A DNA stretch of 64,000 nt, taken from contig NC_092676.1 of assembly GCF_964355755.1 (NCBI RefSeq), positions 29,096,871-29,160,870 of the forward strand. The letters are read 5' to 3'. Under the pieces are notes generated by a model. That model was not told the DNA's origin and ran no database searches. It saw only the letters and a list, made by a program, of their open reading frames with translations. The translations under genes were made by a program, and so were the position numbers. The DNA is from Antedon mediterranea. Its lineage: Eukaryota > Animalia > Echinodermata. Of the stretch, positions 11,026 through 23,558 are shown piece after piece. Each line of letters begins with the position of its first letter. Positions within the stretch are counted from its first letter, which is position 1.

Positions 11026-13229
11026 ACTCACACTCACACCATTCTATTGGTAGATAGTAATATTTCAAAATGATCAGTCATTATTTTTTATCCGAAAAAA
11101 TGTTTCTGAAAAAGAAGTAAATAATAATCTAAACTAAAATTATTATACTAATATTAAATATTGCAACTTAGTAAAGTTTGTATTGTTGTAGATGTACATT
11201 AAATTAAATCATATGGACATATTTTTTATTACAAAAATGTATATTAGTATTTATTTAATAATTATAGAATAGTCCCGAGCCGAATCGTGCCGAATCGTCC
11301 CGCTACCGTCCGTGAAGTCTTATGCCCACTTTTATTTTAGGTGCGAAGTTGCAGCAGTAGCGCCGGCCGGCCTAGCTAGTATACCTAGCGGTCACAGTGC
11401 ATTTCGGCCGCCAATCAATTTATAATTATTTAGTAAAATATTAACATTTTAACACACATGGCGTGTCATACATATTCAAGAATAATTACAATTCTGGCGG
11501 CTGAAATAAACAATACATATTTTGTCCTTTTTTGGCGTTTCATGAATTTGGCAATTCATTAACCAGCGGCCGAAATGATCAGACACCTACCTACCCTACC
11601 CTATAGGCTAGGGCCTAGCTAGTATAAGGCCTAGCCTAGGAGAGCTAGGTAGGCCTAGGCCTAGCTAGCTAGCCTAGTAGGCTTAACTTATTTATATATA
11701 GACCTAGGCTACTAGCCTATCTTATCTTATAATTAGAAACACAATAAATTAAAATAACGTAACATATAATACAGCAGATAATAGTTTATAAATATTTACC
11801 ATTAAAAAAAAAAGTTTAATTGTTCCAAAACTCTCACTCCTTCCCCATCATCACGACGCACATGTTGTTTTTATTATTTTGAGGTATTCAGAGCGCGTCA
11901 TTCTGACGACTGGAGCATTCTTTACTTCTCTACGGAGCGCCATTTATGCCTTTATTAACTTCAATAATATAAATAGTACTACGGTAACTACTCAAGTGTA
12001 CCCAATTTAGCACCAGGGTAGCACAGTGATATAAAATAGAAATAAGTCACTACTTTCAATATCTTTTCGTATGTTAATACACTGTGCTCAAGTGGACCTA
12101 ATTTGAAGTCGCTTAAGTTTCAATATTAGGGCCTATATGTTTAAAAGGCATCTGAAATCATATTTATTTCAACAAATTTACGAGTGCTAGCGGTTCTGGC
12201 GTTGCGCCTTAGAACTTATCTTTTTGGAAAGAATTCGGCGCATTATAAATATGAATTGAATTGAATTGAATATCTTTTCGTATGTTAATACACTGTGCTC
12301 AAGTGGACACAATTTGGCACCAGTGGAGCACAGTGATATAAAATAGAAATAAGTCACTGAATGTTAATAATCTTTTCGTATTTAAAACATCGAGAAAAAA
12401 TACTTCTGGAAATACTTCAAAAATATTTCAAACTTGCTATATATGTTAAATATCGGTTACTCCATCCGTAATGCAAAAGAAAAATTAGTTTCAAGCCATA
12501 TCAGTGATTTTAATAACTTGCGTTTGTCTAAGATAAATACTTATTTAGTGTCCCCGGAAAGTGAACATATTCATTGAAATATGAAATTAAATATTAAGTC
12601 TCCAGTACTAGCCCACCATGGAGCTAATAATGAAAATAGAGCCCAGAATTGCACTTATATACTATACTTATTACTACACATGACCTATGATATAAATTAT
12701 GATAATGTTAACATTTCAACTATCCAGATGCGACGCTACTTCAAAATTTTAGGTGGGGTTTTCTACTCTAAAAACTCGACTTCATATATGCCTAAAGGCC
12801 TAGCTCGAAATTGGTCAAGAAATTGGCATCTTTGCAAATGTTCTATATTTTATCTTATTTCACTCTCCATTAACCCCATACAAAAACCATCGGAGACAAA
12901 GTATCTGTTTAAAACATGTTTATTCTGGGATTATGGCCAAACACACCAAATACCATAAACGTTTATTCATAACATATTACAAAACAATATATTGCAATCA
13001 TGGATCGGACATTTTCGCTACCAATGTAGCAACATTGATTAACAAAATCAAAATTTAACAGTATGGCGTGTTGACCGCGAAAGATTAACAATGCCATCTT
13101 TCACAAGCATTGCATAACAACGCACGACATTCCAAACCGTTTCGTACACCTGCGATGAAAATATAAAATTCAATTTCTTTTAAAATTGAGGGCGGCAAAC
13201 ATAAAATTTACGAGATCGAATACTAGTTG

Positions 13230-13505
13230 AAAAAAAAAATTGAATGAAAAAAAAGATGTTAAATGTGCTCTCCCTGCCTCAGCACCAAGGCCCTGCCACA
13301 GCCTTTTGGGGTCGTTTCCAGCACATCACCAGATGCATTGATGTTGTCGCCTCATGATGTGTGGTGGAAAGGGGGACGTATAATTCTGTGAACCCCAAAC
13401 ACAGTGGCCGCATGCCTTTAACTCTATTCCACCGACCAGCGTGGGAATCGAACCCACGACATACGTGTTGTCAACACGACGCTCAGGCGACCGAGCTAAC
13501 TGATC
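13230..13505 (-). mobile_element. tRNA-derived SINE (tRNA-Ile-like head 13505-13433)
   Basis: On - strand: box A TAGCTCGGTCG, box B GGTTCGATTCCC, pairable acceptor and T stems, then a ~200-nt body and a T-rich end. Confidence 0.65.
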
Positions 13506-14273
13506 ATTTTGGTTTTAACAAGGTTAATGTGATATTTATGATGAAATGAATTACGTAATAAACGTATAAATAGACTATTATCAGCTGTTCAGTCATGTAC
13601 AACTTTGTGGCCTAACGGGTAATGCTCAGCTTTTGGGTGCTCTCAGCTCTAGTAGATTGGGTTCGAACCTCTACGGATATTTTTTTTTTTTTTTATTTGA
13701 AAATAAATATTGTTTTTCTTTGATTTTGAAAGAGAGATATTTCGAGGGTTGTAAATGTCAGGCCTAAACAAACAACAAAACAAGTGGACCTTTTTTTAAA
13801 TCAAAAACAAAGTTGCATAGCATTATTTTCCATTAAATAGACTGCCATAAAACCTCGAAAAGAAGCCCATGTGCTCCTTCATTTTTAGTACTCTTGGGTG
13901 GGTTTCTTTTCCACATGAAGTTCTTTTCGATATTACTTTTGCAAACTAAAAGAGAAGAGCTGGATTCCCGCCCGGAAAATGTTTTATTTACATGATTTGA
14001 ATGAACAATCTTCTAATGTAAAGATTAACAACATCAAATTTATATTAACAGTGTGGCGTGTTTACCGCGAATCTTCCCCATAATACACCTGCTCAAACTC
14101 ATTTGCATAACAACGCACGGCATACCAAGCTGTTTAGCTGCAAGGTCCCCAGAAATGACATCTATTATTTTTTTTAACAACATTTATAAGAATCTTCAGT
14201 ACCCTACCATTTTTTGGGCTGAGCGAAGACAATTTTGAAAAATAGAGCTGCATAGGTTCCCGCTCGAAAAAAA

Positions 14274-15075
14274 TTACTTCCAATCAGAAGTTCCTTTTTG
14301 GTGTTGTAAGGTCTGATACAACTTACTTCCAAACAGTTCCGTCTGAGTTAATTTGACAACTTACTTCCAATTAGAAGTTCCTTTTTGGTGTTGAAAGGTC
14401 TGATACAACTTACTTCCAAACAGTTCCGTCTGAGTTAATTTGACAACTTACTTCCAATTAGAAGTTCCTTTTTGGTGTTGTAAGGGCTGATACAACTTAC
14501 TTCCAAACAGTTCCGTCTGAGTTAAATAATTTGACAACTTACTTCCAATTAGAAGTTCCTTTTTGGTGTTGTAAGGTCTGATACAACTTACTTCCAAACA
14601 GTTCCGTCTGAGTTAATTTGACAACTTACTTCCAATCAGAAGTTCCTTTTTGGTGTTGAGAGGTCTGATACAACTTACTTCCAAACAGTTCCGTCTGAGT
14701 TAAATAATTTGACAACTTACTTCCAATTAGAAGTTCCTTTTTGGTGTTGTAAGGTCTGATACAACTTACTTCCAAACAGTTCCGTCTGAGTTAAATAATT
14801 TGACAACTTACTTCCAATTAGAAGTTCCTTTTTGGTGTTGTAAGGTCTGATATAACTTACTTCCAAACAGTTCCGTCTGAGTTAAATAATTTGACAACTT
14901 ACTTCCAATTAGAAGTTCCTTTTTGGTGTTGTAAGGTCTGATACAACTTACTTCCAAACAGTTCCGTCTGAGTTAAATAATTTGACAACTTACTTCCAAT
15001 CAGAAGTTCCTTTTTGGTGTTGTAAGGTCTGATACAACTTACTTCCAAACAGTTCCGTCTGAGTTAGCCTGACAA
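14274..15075. repeat. 87/91-bp satellite array 1 (~9 units)
   Basis: Unit ACTTCCAATYAGAAGTTCCTTTTTGGTGTTGTAAGGTCTGATACAACTTACTTCCAAACAGTTCCGTCTGAGTT(AAAT)AATTTGACAACTT, with two ACAACTTACTTCCAA subrepeats per unit. Confidence 0.95.
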
Positions 15076-15272
15076 TTAACACACCCTCCACTTTTTCTTT
15101 CATAAACATATTTAATTACATTACTATTTAAGTACACATTCTGTAATCGTTCTAGATCACTTTTGCTACCGATGGTGCGTGCGCAGTCCGGTGCGCAGCC
15201 TAACTAAAAACATAACACCGGCGCGTGTGCAGTGTGGATTTAGTAAGAAGCCTACAATGGCGGCCGCAACAT

Positions 15273-16142
15273 CTACAAAGCAAACATTTGTTTAGCCGCC
15301 ATTTTGAATTCAGTAAGTCTAAACCAATAGATGATAGGGTTGGCCAATGAGTTTATTGCCATCAAAGAAAATGTAACATACAATGTCATTACACCTCCGT
15401 GTATATTATCACCATAGAAATAACCACTCATCATAATATGTACACAAACGCACCCCCATGTAAAAATAAGCACTCCCACTATCATCGAAAAAGTTGTAAG
15501 CATTCTTTTGGACTCTTCCACGTTATGGGTAGAAAACGGGATGCTTCTCCTGTGTTTTACAACACTTCTGTAAATCGCTATATAAATAACTGTATTCAGT
15601 GTTATATATGTAAAAACTATTGCCGGAAAGCAGAAAACACATTGTGAATTTTGACTAATAAGTAGCGAAAGTCCACACTGACTAACTATTGTTACTATAA
15701 CAGCAATTGTGCAAGTTTTTTTGGTGACAATGAGATGATATTTCATAGGCGCCCAAACGAGTGCAATATAACGGTCAATAGCGATACAGGCTATACTGCA
15801 AACAGAAGCTAAGAAGAACGCATTCGCTAGAACGTAAATTAAGCAATAATACATATTCTGGATTTGTATTGTAATAAACAAGAACATCAGTGCATAGATC
15901 AAAGAACAACAAGCGTCAGAAAAAGCCAATAAAGTTATAAACACGTTTTGTTTCTTGCGAAGTTTCTTGTTTGTGAATATTAATGCCACAACAAAACTGT
16001 TTAAAACGAGCGATATTGCACATAACACGTAGAAGGCTGGGATCGCATAGTCATAGAATGCTTCCACATTGATGACGTAATAACGAGCTAAATATATCCA
16101 GAAATTAATCTCTTGGCACGAGTCCAAATCGGTGGAATTCAT
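15273..16142 (-). CDS. Intronless class A (rhodopsin-like) GPCR, 289 aa
   Basis: LAFSD (TM2), IDRY, NPIIY, seven hydrophobic segments; intact ORF. Confidence 0.9.
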   Translation of the reverse strand: MNSTDLDSCQEINFWIYLARYYVINVEAFYDYAIPAFYVLCAISLVLNSFVVALIFTNKKLRKKQNVFITLLAFSDACCSLIYALMFLFITIQIQNMYYCLIYVLANAFFLASVCSIACIAIDRYIALVWAPMKYHLIVTKKTCTIAVIVTIVSQCGLSLLISQNSQCVFCFPAIVFTYITLNTVIYIAIYRSVVKHRRSIPFSTHNVEESKRMLTTFSMIVGVLIFTWGCVCVHIMMSGYFYGDNIHGGVMTLYVTFSLMAINSLANPIIYWFRLTEFKMAAKQMFAL

Positions 16143-16732
16143 TATGAGGAGGAGGAGGCAGCTTTGGTGATCAACTACTGATATCCTTCACTGATCGATT
16201 CCTCAGTTACAGTGTGCAATCTCCTACGATATTCCTTACTATATTAAGTTATATTGACACATTCTGTAACCTTCCATATCGTACATCAAAAACTAATTCC
16301 ACCAATGTATTTGAAGACACCTTATTGCACAAACTTATTGATACCAATGTTATTAAACCTTCATAATATATTGTTTGTTTTAAATATAGTGTACACAAAT
16401 TCATAATTGTGAATTATTTTTACTGATATCTTCAATGATTGATCGACAGTTTCATAAGTAGACAATTCCTTAATTAAGAAACACCTATAACTTTTTAACT
16501 AAACTGTCATCAATCAAACTGGAATTGAAGCTTGATTGAAACTGACGATCCACCACGTGACTGGTGAGTCTTAATTTGCCCTAAAGTCATGACACAAACT
16601 GGAAACATTAACTTAAACATTAAAATAGAAATCTAGCCCTCTTTTTTCCTTCTTTCACAACACAGTCTTGTTTAAAATTTGACGTATTTTATTACGAAAT
16701 GTAGAAATCTGAAATCGGTGCGTGCGCAGTCC

Positions 16733-17620
16733 CTACGTGTAACTGGTATCCGCATTGTGAAAACTAGGTAACATTTGCTTAGCCGCCATTTTGAATTCAG
16801 TCAGTCTAAACCAATATATGATAGGGTTGGCCAATGAGTTTATCGACATCAAAGAAAATGAAATATACAATGTCAGTACAGCTCCCTGTAATATATCATC
16901 GTAAATATAATTACTCAAAGTAATACTTACACAAACACACCCCCATGTAAAAATTAACACTCCGGTAATTATTGAAAAAGTTTTAAGCATTCTTTTAGAC
17001 TCTTCCATTTTTGTCAAGGGGATGTTTCTCCTGTGTCTGACAACACTTCTGTAAATCGCTATATATACAACTGTATTCAGTGTTATATATGTTATCACGG
17101 TTGTCGTAAAACAAAACACACATTGTTGGTATTTAGCATGAAGTATTGAAAGTCCAAACTGACTAACTATTGTTACTATAACAGCAATTGTGCAAGTTTT
17201 CTTGGTGACAATGAGATGATATTTCATCGGCGCCCAAACGAGTGCGATATAACGGTCAATGGCAACACATGCGATACAACACAGGGATGTTAAGAAGAAC
17301 GCATGCGCGAGAACGTAAATTAAGCAATAATACATATTCTGAATTTGTATTGTAATAAACAAGAACATCAGGATATAGAACAAAGAACTACAAGCGTCAG
17401 AAAAAGCCAATAAAGTTATAAACACGTTTTGTTTCTTGCGAAGTTTCTTGTTTCTAAGTATTAATGCCACAACAAACATGTTTAAAACGAAAGAAGTCAT
17501 ACACACTACGTAGTGGGTGGGTATTGCATAGGCATAGAATGGGTTCATGCTTATGACGTCACGAACTTCATCTATCCACCTGATAGTATCAGCACACAGG
17601 GTACTATTTTGAGATTCCAT
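16733..17620 (-). CDS. Intronless class A GPCR, 295 aa
   Basis: Same motifs; closest paralog of 15273-16142, including a shared 3' flank GGTGCGTGCGCAGTCC. Confidence 0.9.
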   Translation of the reverse strand: MESQNSTLCADTIRWIDEVRDVISMNPFYAYAIPTHYVVCMTSFVLNMFVVALILRNKKLRKKQNVFITLLAFSDACSSLFYILMFLFITIQIQNMYYCLIYVLAHAFFLTSLCCIACVAIDRYIALVWAPMKYHLIVTKKTCTIAVIVTIVSQFGLSILHAKYQQCVFCFTTTVITYITLNTVVYIAIYRSVVRHRRNIPLTKMEESKRMLKTFSIITGVLIFTWGCVCVSITLSNYIYDDILQGAVLTLYISFSLMSINSLANPIIYWFRLTEFKMAAKQMLPSFHNADTSYT

Positions 17621-17979
17621 TGTTTGGCATGCACAGGACTTCCAAATACTTTGTTGATATCACTACATACATCCTTAACTGATCGTTCGAGTAATATTGC
17701 ATTCCTTGTTATTATCGTCTGAAATCATATTCTGTTCAACTAATAACATCAAAAATGGTACAAACACACGCATACAAACATTATAGAATACCAAGGTTAT
17801 TAAAATACATAATTAATAACTATACAGTACAAAGATTGTTTGACTAGCTGATTACGCAAACATTCATTGTATTATTACTGACATCTCAGGTTTGATTGAC
17901 AGCTTTACTAAGTAGACCATTAAGAAAGGCATTATTACTTTGAAAATTAACTGTCAATCGTGGATAACGACCATGTGAA

Positions 17980-19450
17980 TTCCAAACAGTTCCGTCTGAG
18001 TTAGCCTGACAACTTACTTCCAATCAGAAGTTCCTTTTTGGTGTTGAGAGGTCTGATTTACTTCCAAACAGTTCCACATGAGTTAGCCCGACAACTTACT
18101 TCCAATCAGAAGTTCCTTTTTGGTGTTGAAAGGTCTGATACAACTTACTTCCAAACAGTTCCGTCTGAGTTAATTTGACAACTTACTTCCAATTAGAAGT
18201 TCCTTTTTGGTGTTGAGAGGTCTGATACAACTTACTTCCAAACAGTTCCACATGAGTTAGCCTGACAACTTACTTCCAATCAGAAGTTCCTTTTTGGTGT
18301 TGAAAGGTCTGATACAACTAACTTCCAAACAGTTCCACATGAGTTAGCCCGACAACTTACTTCCAATCAGAAGTTCCTTTTTGGTGTTGAAAGGTCTGAT
18401 ACAACTTACTTCCAAACAGTTCCACATGAGTTAGCCCGACAACTTACTTCCAATCAGAAGTTCCTTTTTGGTGTTGAAAGGTCTGATACAACTTACTTCC
18501 AAACAGTTCCACATGAGTTAGCCCGACAACTTACTTCCAATCAGAAGTTCCTTTTTGGTGTTGAGAGGTCTGATACAACTTACTTCCAAACAGTTCCACA
18601 TGAGTTAGCCCGACAACTTACTTCCAATCAGAAGTTCCTTTTTTGTGTTGAGAGGTCTGATACAACTTACTTCCAAACAGTTCCACATGAGTTAGCCCGA
18701 CAACTTACTTCCAATCAGAAGTTCCTTTTTGGTGTTGAGAGGTCTGATACAACTTACTTCCAAACAGTTCCACATGAGTTAGCCCGACAACTTACTTCCA
18801 ATCAGAAGTTCCTTTTTGGTGTTGAGAGGTCTGATACAACTTACTTCCAAACAGTTCCACATGAGTTAGCCCGACAACTTACTTCCAATCAGAAGTTCCT
18901 TTTTGGTGTTGAGAGGTCTGATACAACTTACTTCCAAACAGTTCCACATGAGTTAGCCTGACAACTTACTTCCAATCAGAAGTTCCTTTTTGGTGTTGAG
19001 AGGTCTGATACAACTTACTTCCAAACAGTTCCACATGAGTTAGCCCGACAACTTACTTCCAATCAGAAGTTTCTTTTTAGTGTTGAGAGGTCTGATACAA
19101 CTTACTTCCAAACAGTTCCGTCTGAGTTAATTTGACAACTTACTTCCAATTAGAAGTTCCTTTTTGGTGTTGAGAGGTCTGATACAACTTACTTCCAAAC
19201 AGTTCCACATGAGTTAGCCCGACAACTTACTTCCAATCAGAAGTTCCTTTTTGGTGTTGAGAGGTCTGATACAACTTACTTCCAAACAGTTCCGTCTGAG
19301 TTAGTCTGACAATACTACAAATCAGAAGTTCCTTTTTGGTGTTGAAACTGAGTTAGCCTCACAACTTGCTTCCAATCAGAAGATCTTTGGTGTTGAAAAG
19401 TTTTAAACAGCTTATTTCCAATCAGAAGATCCTTTTTGGTGTTAAGTTCC
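17980..19450. repeat. 87-bp satellite array 2 (~16 units, degenerating at right end)
   Basis: Same family as array 1, mostly the variant CCACATGAGTTAGCCCGAC. Confidence 0.95.
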
Positions 19451-19569
19451 GTCTGATGATGAATTAGTCTTTACTTATATACAATACAATAGGAGGCCCA
19501 CTGGTTACATGACGCACTATTATTTATTAAATTAATAGATGGCTCTGTAAATGTGTTGCTACTTTCAGT

Positions 19570-20448
19570 CTATATTTGTCCACAACAAGTTATTTCGTGA
19601 ATTGCTTTTCTGAAATCTGTAAGTCGAAACCAGTAAATAATTGGATTAATGAGAGAATTACATGTCATTAAAACGTAGCTGAAATAAAATATAGTCACAG
19701 TTTGTATATTAATATCATAAATAGTGTCTTTAAATATCATAACAATGTTTGTGAAACAAATTATGCCCCACGTCAAGATGAACACACCGACAATAATCGA
19801 AAATGTTTTTAACATTTTATTCGATTTATCTAATGTATGCCTAGATAGTGGAATATTGCTCCTATTGTGCCGGATACTTCTGTAAATTGCTATATAAAGG
19901 GCTGTATTTAACACAATATACGTTGATACAAGTAACGGAAAGCAGAAGATGCACTCGTCGACAAAATTGAGAAAAATGAACATGAATATGAATTGGCCAA
20001 TAACCGTACTGATTACAGTTATAGTGCAAGTTTTCTTGGTGACAATAAGATGATATTTCATCGGTGCCAAAACGAGTGCGATATAACGGTCAATATCGAT
20101 ACATGCAATAGAACTAATAGCTATTAAAAACATTGCATGTGATAGAAATCAGAAAAGGCATAAATTATTATTGTCTTTTGAAATTAGTTCGAAAAGCACA
20201 ATGTAAAATATAGAACCCATAGCGTCAGCGACAGCTAACAAACTTATAAAGACATTCTGTTTCTTGCGAAGTTTCTTCGTTGAACAAATTAACAATACAA
20301 CCACACTGTTTGTCAGAAATGATATAAAACAAAAACCGTAGAATATCGGTAACGCGTAAAGAAAGAACGGTTCGGTATTTAAGATTATTTGAAATGAATT
20401 ATTACGCGAAAGTACGAGTAAAGACAACTCACAAGTACTATCAAGCAT
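19570..20448 (-). pseudogene. Class A GPCR with a single in-frame TGA (20151-20149)
   Basis: ORFs 20149-20469 and 19570-20133 are in the same frame, separated by TGA plus 15 nt. Motifs LAVAD, CIDIDRY and NPIIY are present. Confidence 0.8.
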
Positions 20449-21423
20449 GTTTACAAACGCCTTCAACAAACTTTTAATAAAATAACGTTATTCTCACTTA
20501 AAAGTCTCCTGTGTTCTTTGTTGTGTCTCTGCCTTTTTCTATGCTGTATGTAATAAATGTTTATAATATGCCTACCGCGTAACTCCGACTAAATACTTAA
20601 GAAAACATGTCGAGTTGCGTCAACTAAAATCAGATCGCAGAAATTTATCTATAAGTTGTTGAATCCGTTATACGTTATTACTAATGTCTAATATTACTTG
20701 ATGTTGCGTACATCGCGTGTTACAAACTTGATATGACACTTTTTCTAATTGACAGCCTTAATTAACATTAATATACCATGTCAAATATTGATCTACGATT
20801 ACTAAAAAGTTTAGTAATCAAATTATACTTTAATGTTACAAACGACAGAATAAAGCAACGAACGCCATTCATCTTAAAGCTTGGTTAACGCAATATAAGT
20901 GATTTGACCAATCACAAGCGATGGATTATTCGAACTGTGGCTTGTCAATGGTCAACTAGTTTGCGTTGCGCTACGTCCTTGCATTGCGTCGCTAGTTTGA
21001 ACCACGCTTACCGAGTCCAAATTATTGTTTTCTTAAGGTTCACACAATCTATACAGCGAATAGATTAGGATGAAGATTATTAAAACAGTTTGAGTGACGT
21101 TTTAATCACAGCAATTGTTGTAATGTAAAAACAACAGTTTTGATTAGCACTAACAAGTGTTTTAATATCATGCGTTTCTTACAGGCTACCAAGTAAATAA
21201 AAAATTATGGGTCTAAGGCAGTCTAGTTATTTGTGTTCGTTACTCCCAACACAAATCACAATTCATTATCTAGTTTTAATATAATAACTCTATGGTGTTC
21301 GTTATAACACGTTATATTATAATATTGGGGTCTCATGGCGCCAATAGATAATCTAAAATATCAACAACAAAACATTAATATTACTAATAATCAACCCTTA
21401 TTATTATACATGCTTTCAAATCG

Positions 21424-21630
21424 TATGGCGCGCCGAAGTGTCATTTATTCGGAAATAAAGATATCTTAGTTTTTAATAGAGATATCTTAGTTTTTAATAG
21501 AGATATCTTAGTTTTAAATAGAGATAAATCTATTTAAAACTAAGATATCTCTATTTAAAACTAAGATATCTCTATTAAAAACTAAGATATCTGTCTATTG
21601 CTTGAATAAATGACAGCTTGGCGCGCCATA
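21424..21630. mobile_element. Palindromic MITE with internal 21-bp repeats
   Basis: TATGGCGCGCC...GGCGCGCCATA ends; inverted arrays of ATAGAGATATCTTAGTTTT. Confidence 0.75.
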
Positions 21631-22300
21631 ATATCGTCACTATTTTGTGTAAACCGTCCTGCTGCTTCCACTTCAAACCTATAATCCGTTTTTATACATT
21701 CTTATCTGAGTCTTATTTCTTATTTTATTTCAAAACCCAACCAACAGCAAATCACCAATAACTTAATTATTAAGACCCAACGCAGGAGACGAGGTACGTA
21801 AGCGTAACGCAAGTAATTTGACCAATCACAGCGATGGATTATTCGAACTGTCGCTTGCCATTAGTCAACTCGCTTGCGCTGCATGGCGTGTCCAAGATGT
21901 ATGCTTTGCTTCAGATTTCAGATTCAGATTCCACATTTAATTTTATTTGCCAATTTAAAATGGAAAAGTATGGGTACATTTTCAACATTAAAATCTAAAA
22001 TGTATATTAATAAAATTATTACGTTTTAACAAATATTTAAACATACTATATTATTTTAAAACAATCAATATTTTAAAACAGACATGAAATACCACAGGAA
22101 TACAATATTTTAAAAGCAACACATAAGAACACCAAAAATACTATAAACATTACTTTATACTGGTTCCAATAATTAGTTAAAATATGCAGCAAAACTGTTA
22201 AAAAAAATAAAATTATGAGATTATTCACTAGCTATATATTATTAATATTATACGTAACATACAATATATTGTGTCAAATCAACACATTGTCATCTGACGT

Positions 22301-23317
22301 CTAAGTACGTATCTTGCAAAACATTGCTTTAACAGCTTTTTTGAATTCAGTAAGTCTAAACCAATAAATTATCGGATTAGCGAGAGTATTTATTGTCATG
22401 AAAAACAGAGAAAAATAGAACATCATGATAGATAATGAACCATCTGAAGTGCGAGCCGTCGAGGCGATGCTAGCTGCTGCTATACACTTATATAACTCCA
22501 GAGTACAAAGGTAAAATGTAACCGATAATTTTTATCTAATTTTAACAATTTTTAGCCTCTTAACTTTTTGTGTGTGTTTTTGTAAATTGTATTTTATATT
22601 TTTGTATTTTGCCAGTTTTCAAATCACATTTCTGTTTTTTAAATGGACAATAAAGTATATATGACTATGACTATGATTATGACTATGAACCAAATCCAAT
22701 TGTCAAATCAGAAATCATCACAATTAGGCAAAAATGTTCTTAACATTTTTTTGGACTTTGTTCGCGTCGTGCGCGGAATGCTGTTCCTATGGTTACTGAT
22801 ACTTCTGTAAATCGCGATATATAACGCAGTGTTAATAATCAGATATAGCAAATATAACAGAGGTAAATATGGAATACCTACTTTAGCTACAATTATCTGG
22901 ATTACTATGACTGCTATAACCGAAAATACACAAGTTTTCTTAGTAACTATAATATGATATTTCATCGGCGCATACACAAGTGCGATATACATGCAGTTGA
23001 TGAAATTGACACTAACATTTGATTGATATAGTTAATACAATGAAAGTGTACTCATAGTACAATAACCTTATTGTCAAAAATAAATAGGTTAGAATAATAC
23101 AGATTGAAGATGTGGCATCGGCGAATGCTAGCAAACTGATGAAAACGTTCTGTTTCTTACGAAGTCCCTTCCTGGTCATAATCAGTATGAGAATGAACGA
23201 ATTTGCTACGAATGAGACCGCACATAACGTGTACAGAAGCGGCAACCCGTATACAAAAATCGTATAAGAGTTTAAAACATTGAAGAAATAATCGAGACGG
23301 GTAATATTGCCAATCAT
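22301..23317 (-). pseudogene. Disrupted class A GPCR
   Basis: Fragments LAFAD, YIALVYAPMKYHIIVTKKTC and ANPIIYWFRLTEFKKAVK...stop at 22301. The DRY region is lost, there are frameshifts, and a ~190-bp insertion lies near 22495-22688. Confidence 0.85.
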
Positions 23318-23558
23318 TTTTCTTCTCGTTGTTCCTATATTGTCTGTTTTTATTCCGCGGATGCGAGTATTTTAAAACCATTTTCTTGGCTTACAGTGTT
23401 GTAGTCGTCACCATGCCATCGAAAATGTCATTGATAATGTTGGTCACGCATCAAAATATGAGATAATATCAATCTCGAGCTAGACATAAAGTTTTGTTCT
23501 GAGCATGCGTTTTGCAACCGAGATCACATTATAGTGACGCACGTGTTGTGACACACAT

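Noticed and set aside
11990-12385. Duplicated ~95-bp segments upstream of TWNK as a regulatory array
   Set aside because: This looks like a small degenerate tandem repeat interrupted by a (TTGAA)n-tailed retroelement fragment; there is no evidence of function.
14274-19450. 87-bp arrays as CRISPR (recurring ACAACTTACTTCCAA)
   Set aside because: The intervening sequences alternate between two fixed types rather than being unique spacers, there are no cas genes, and the context is eukaryotic.
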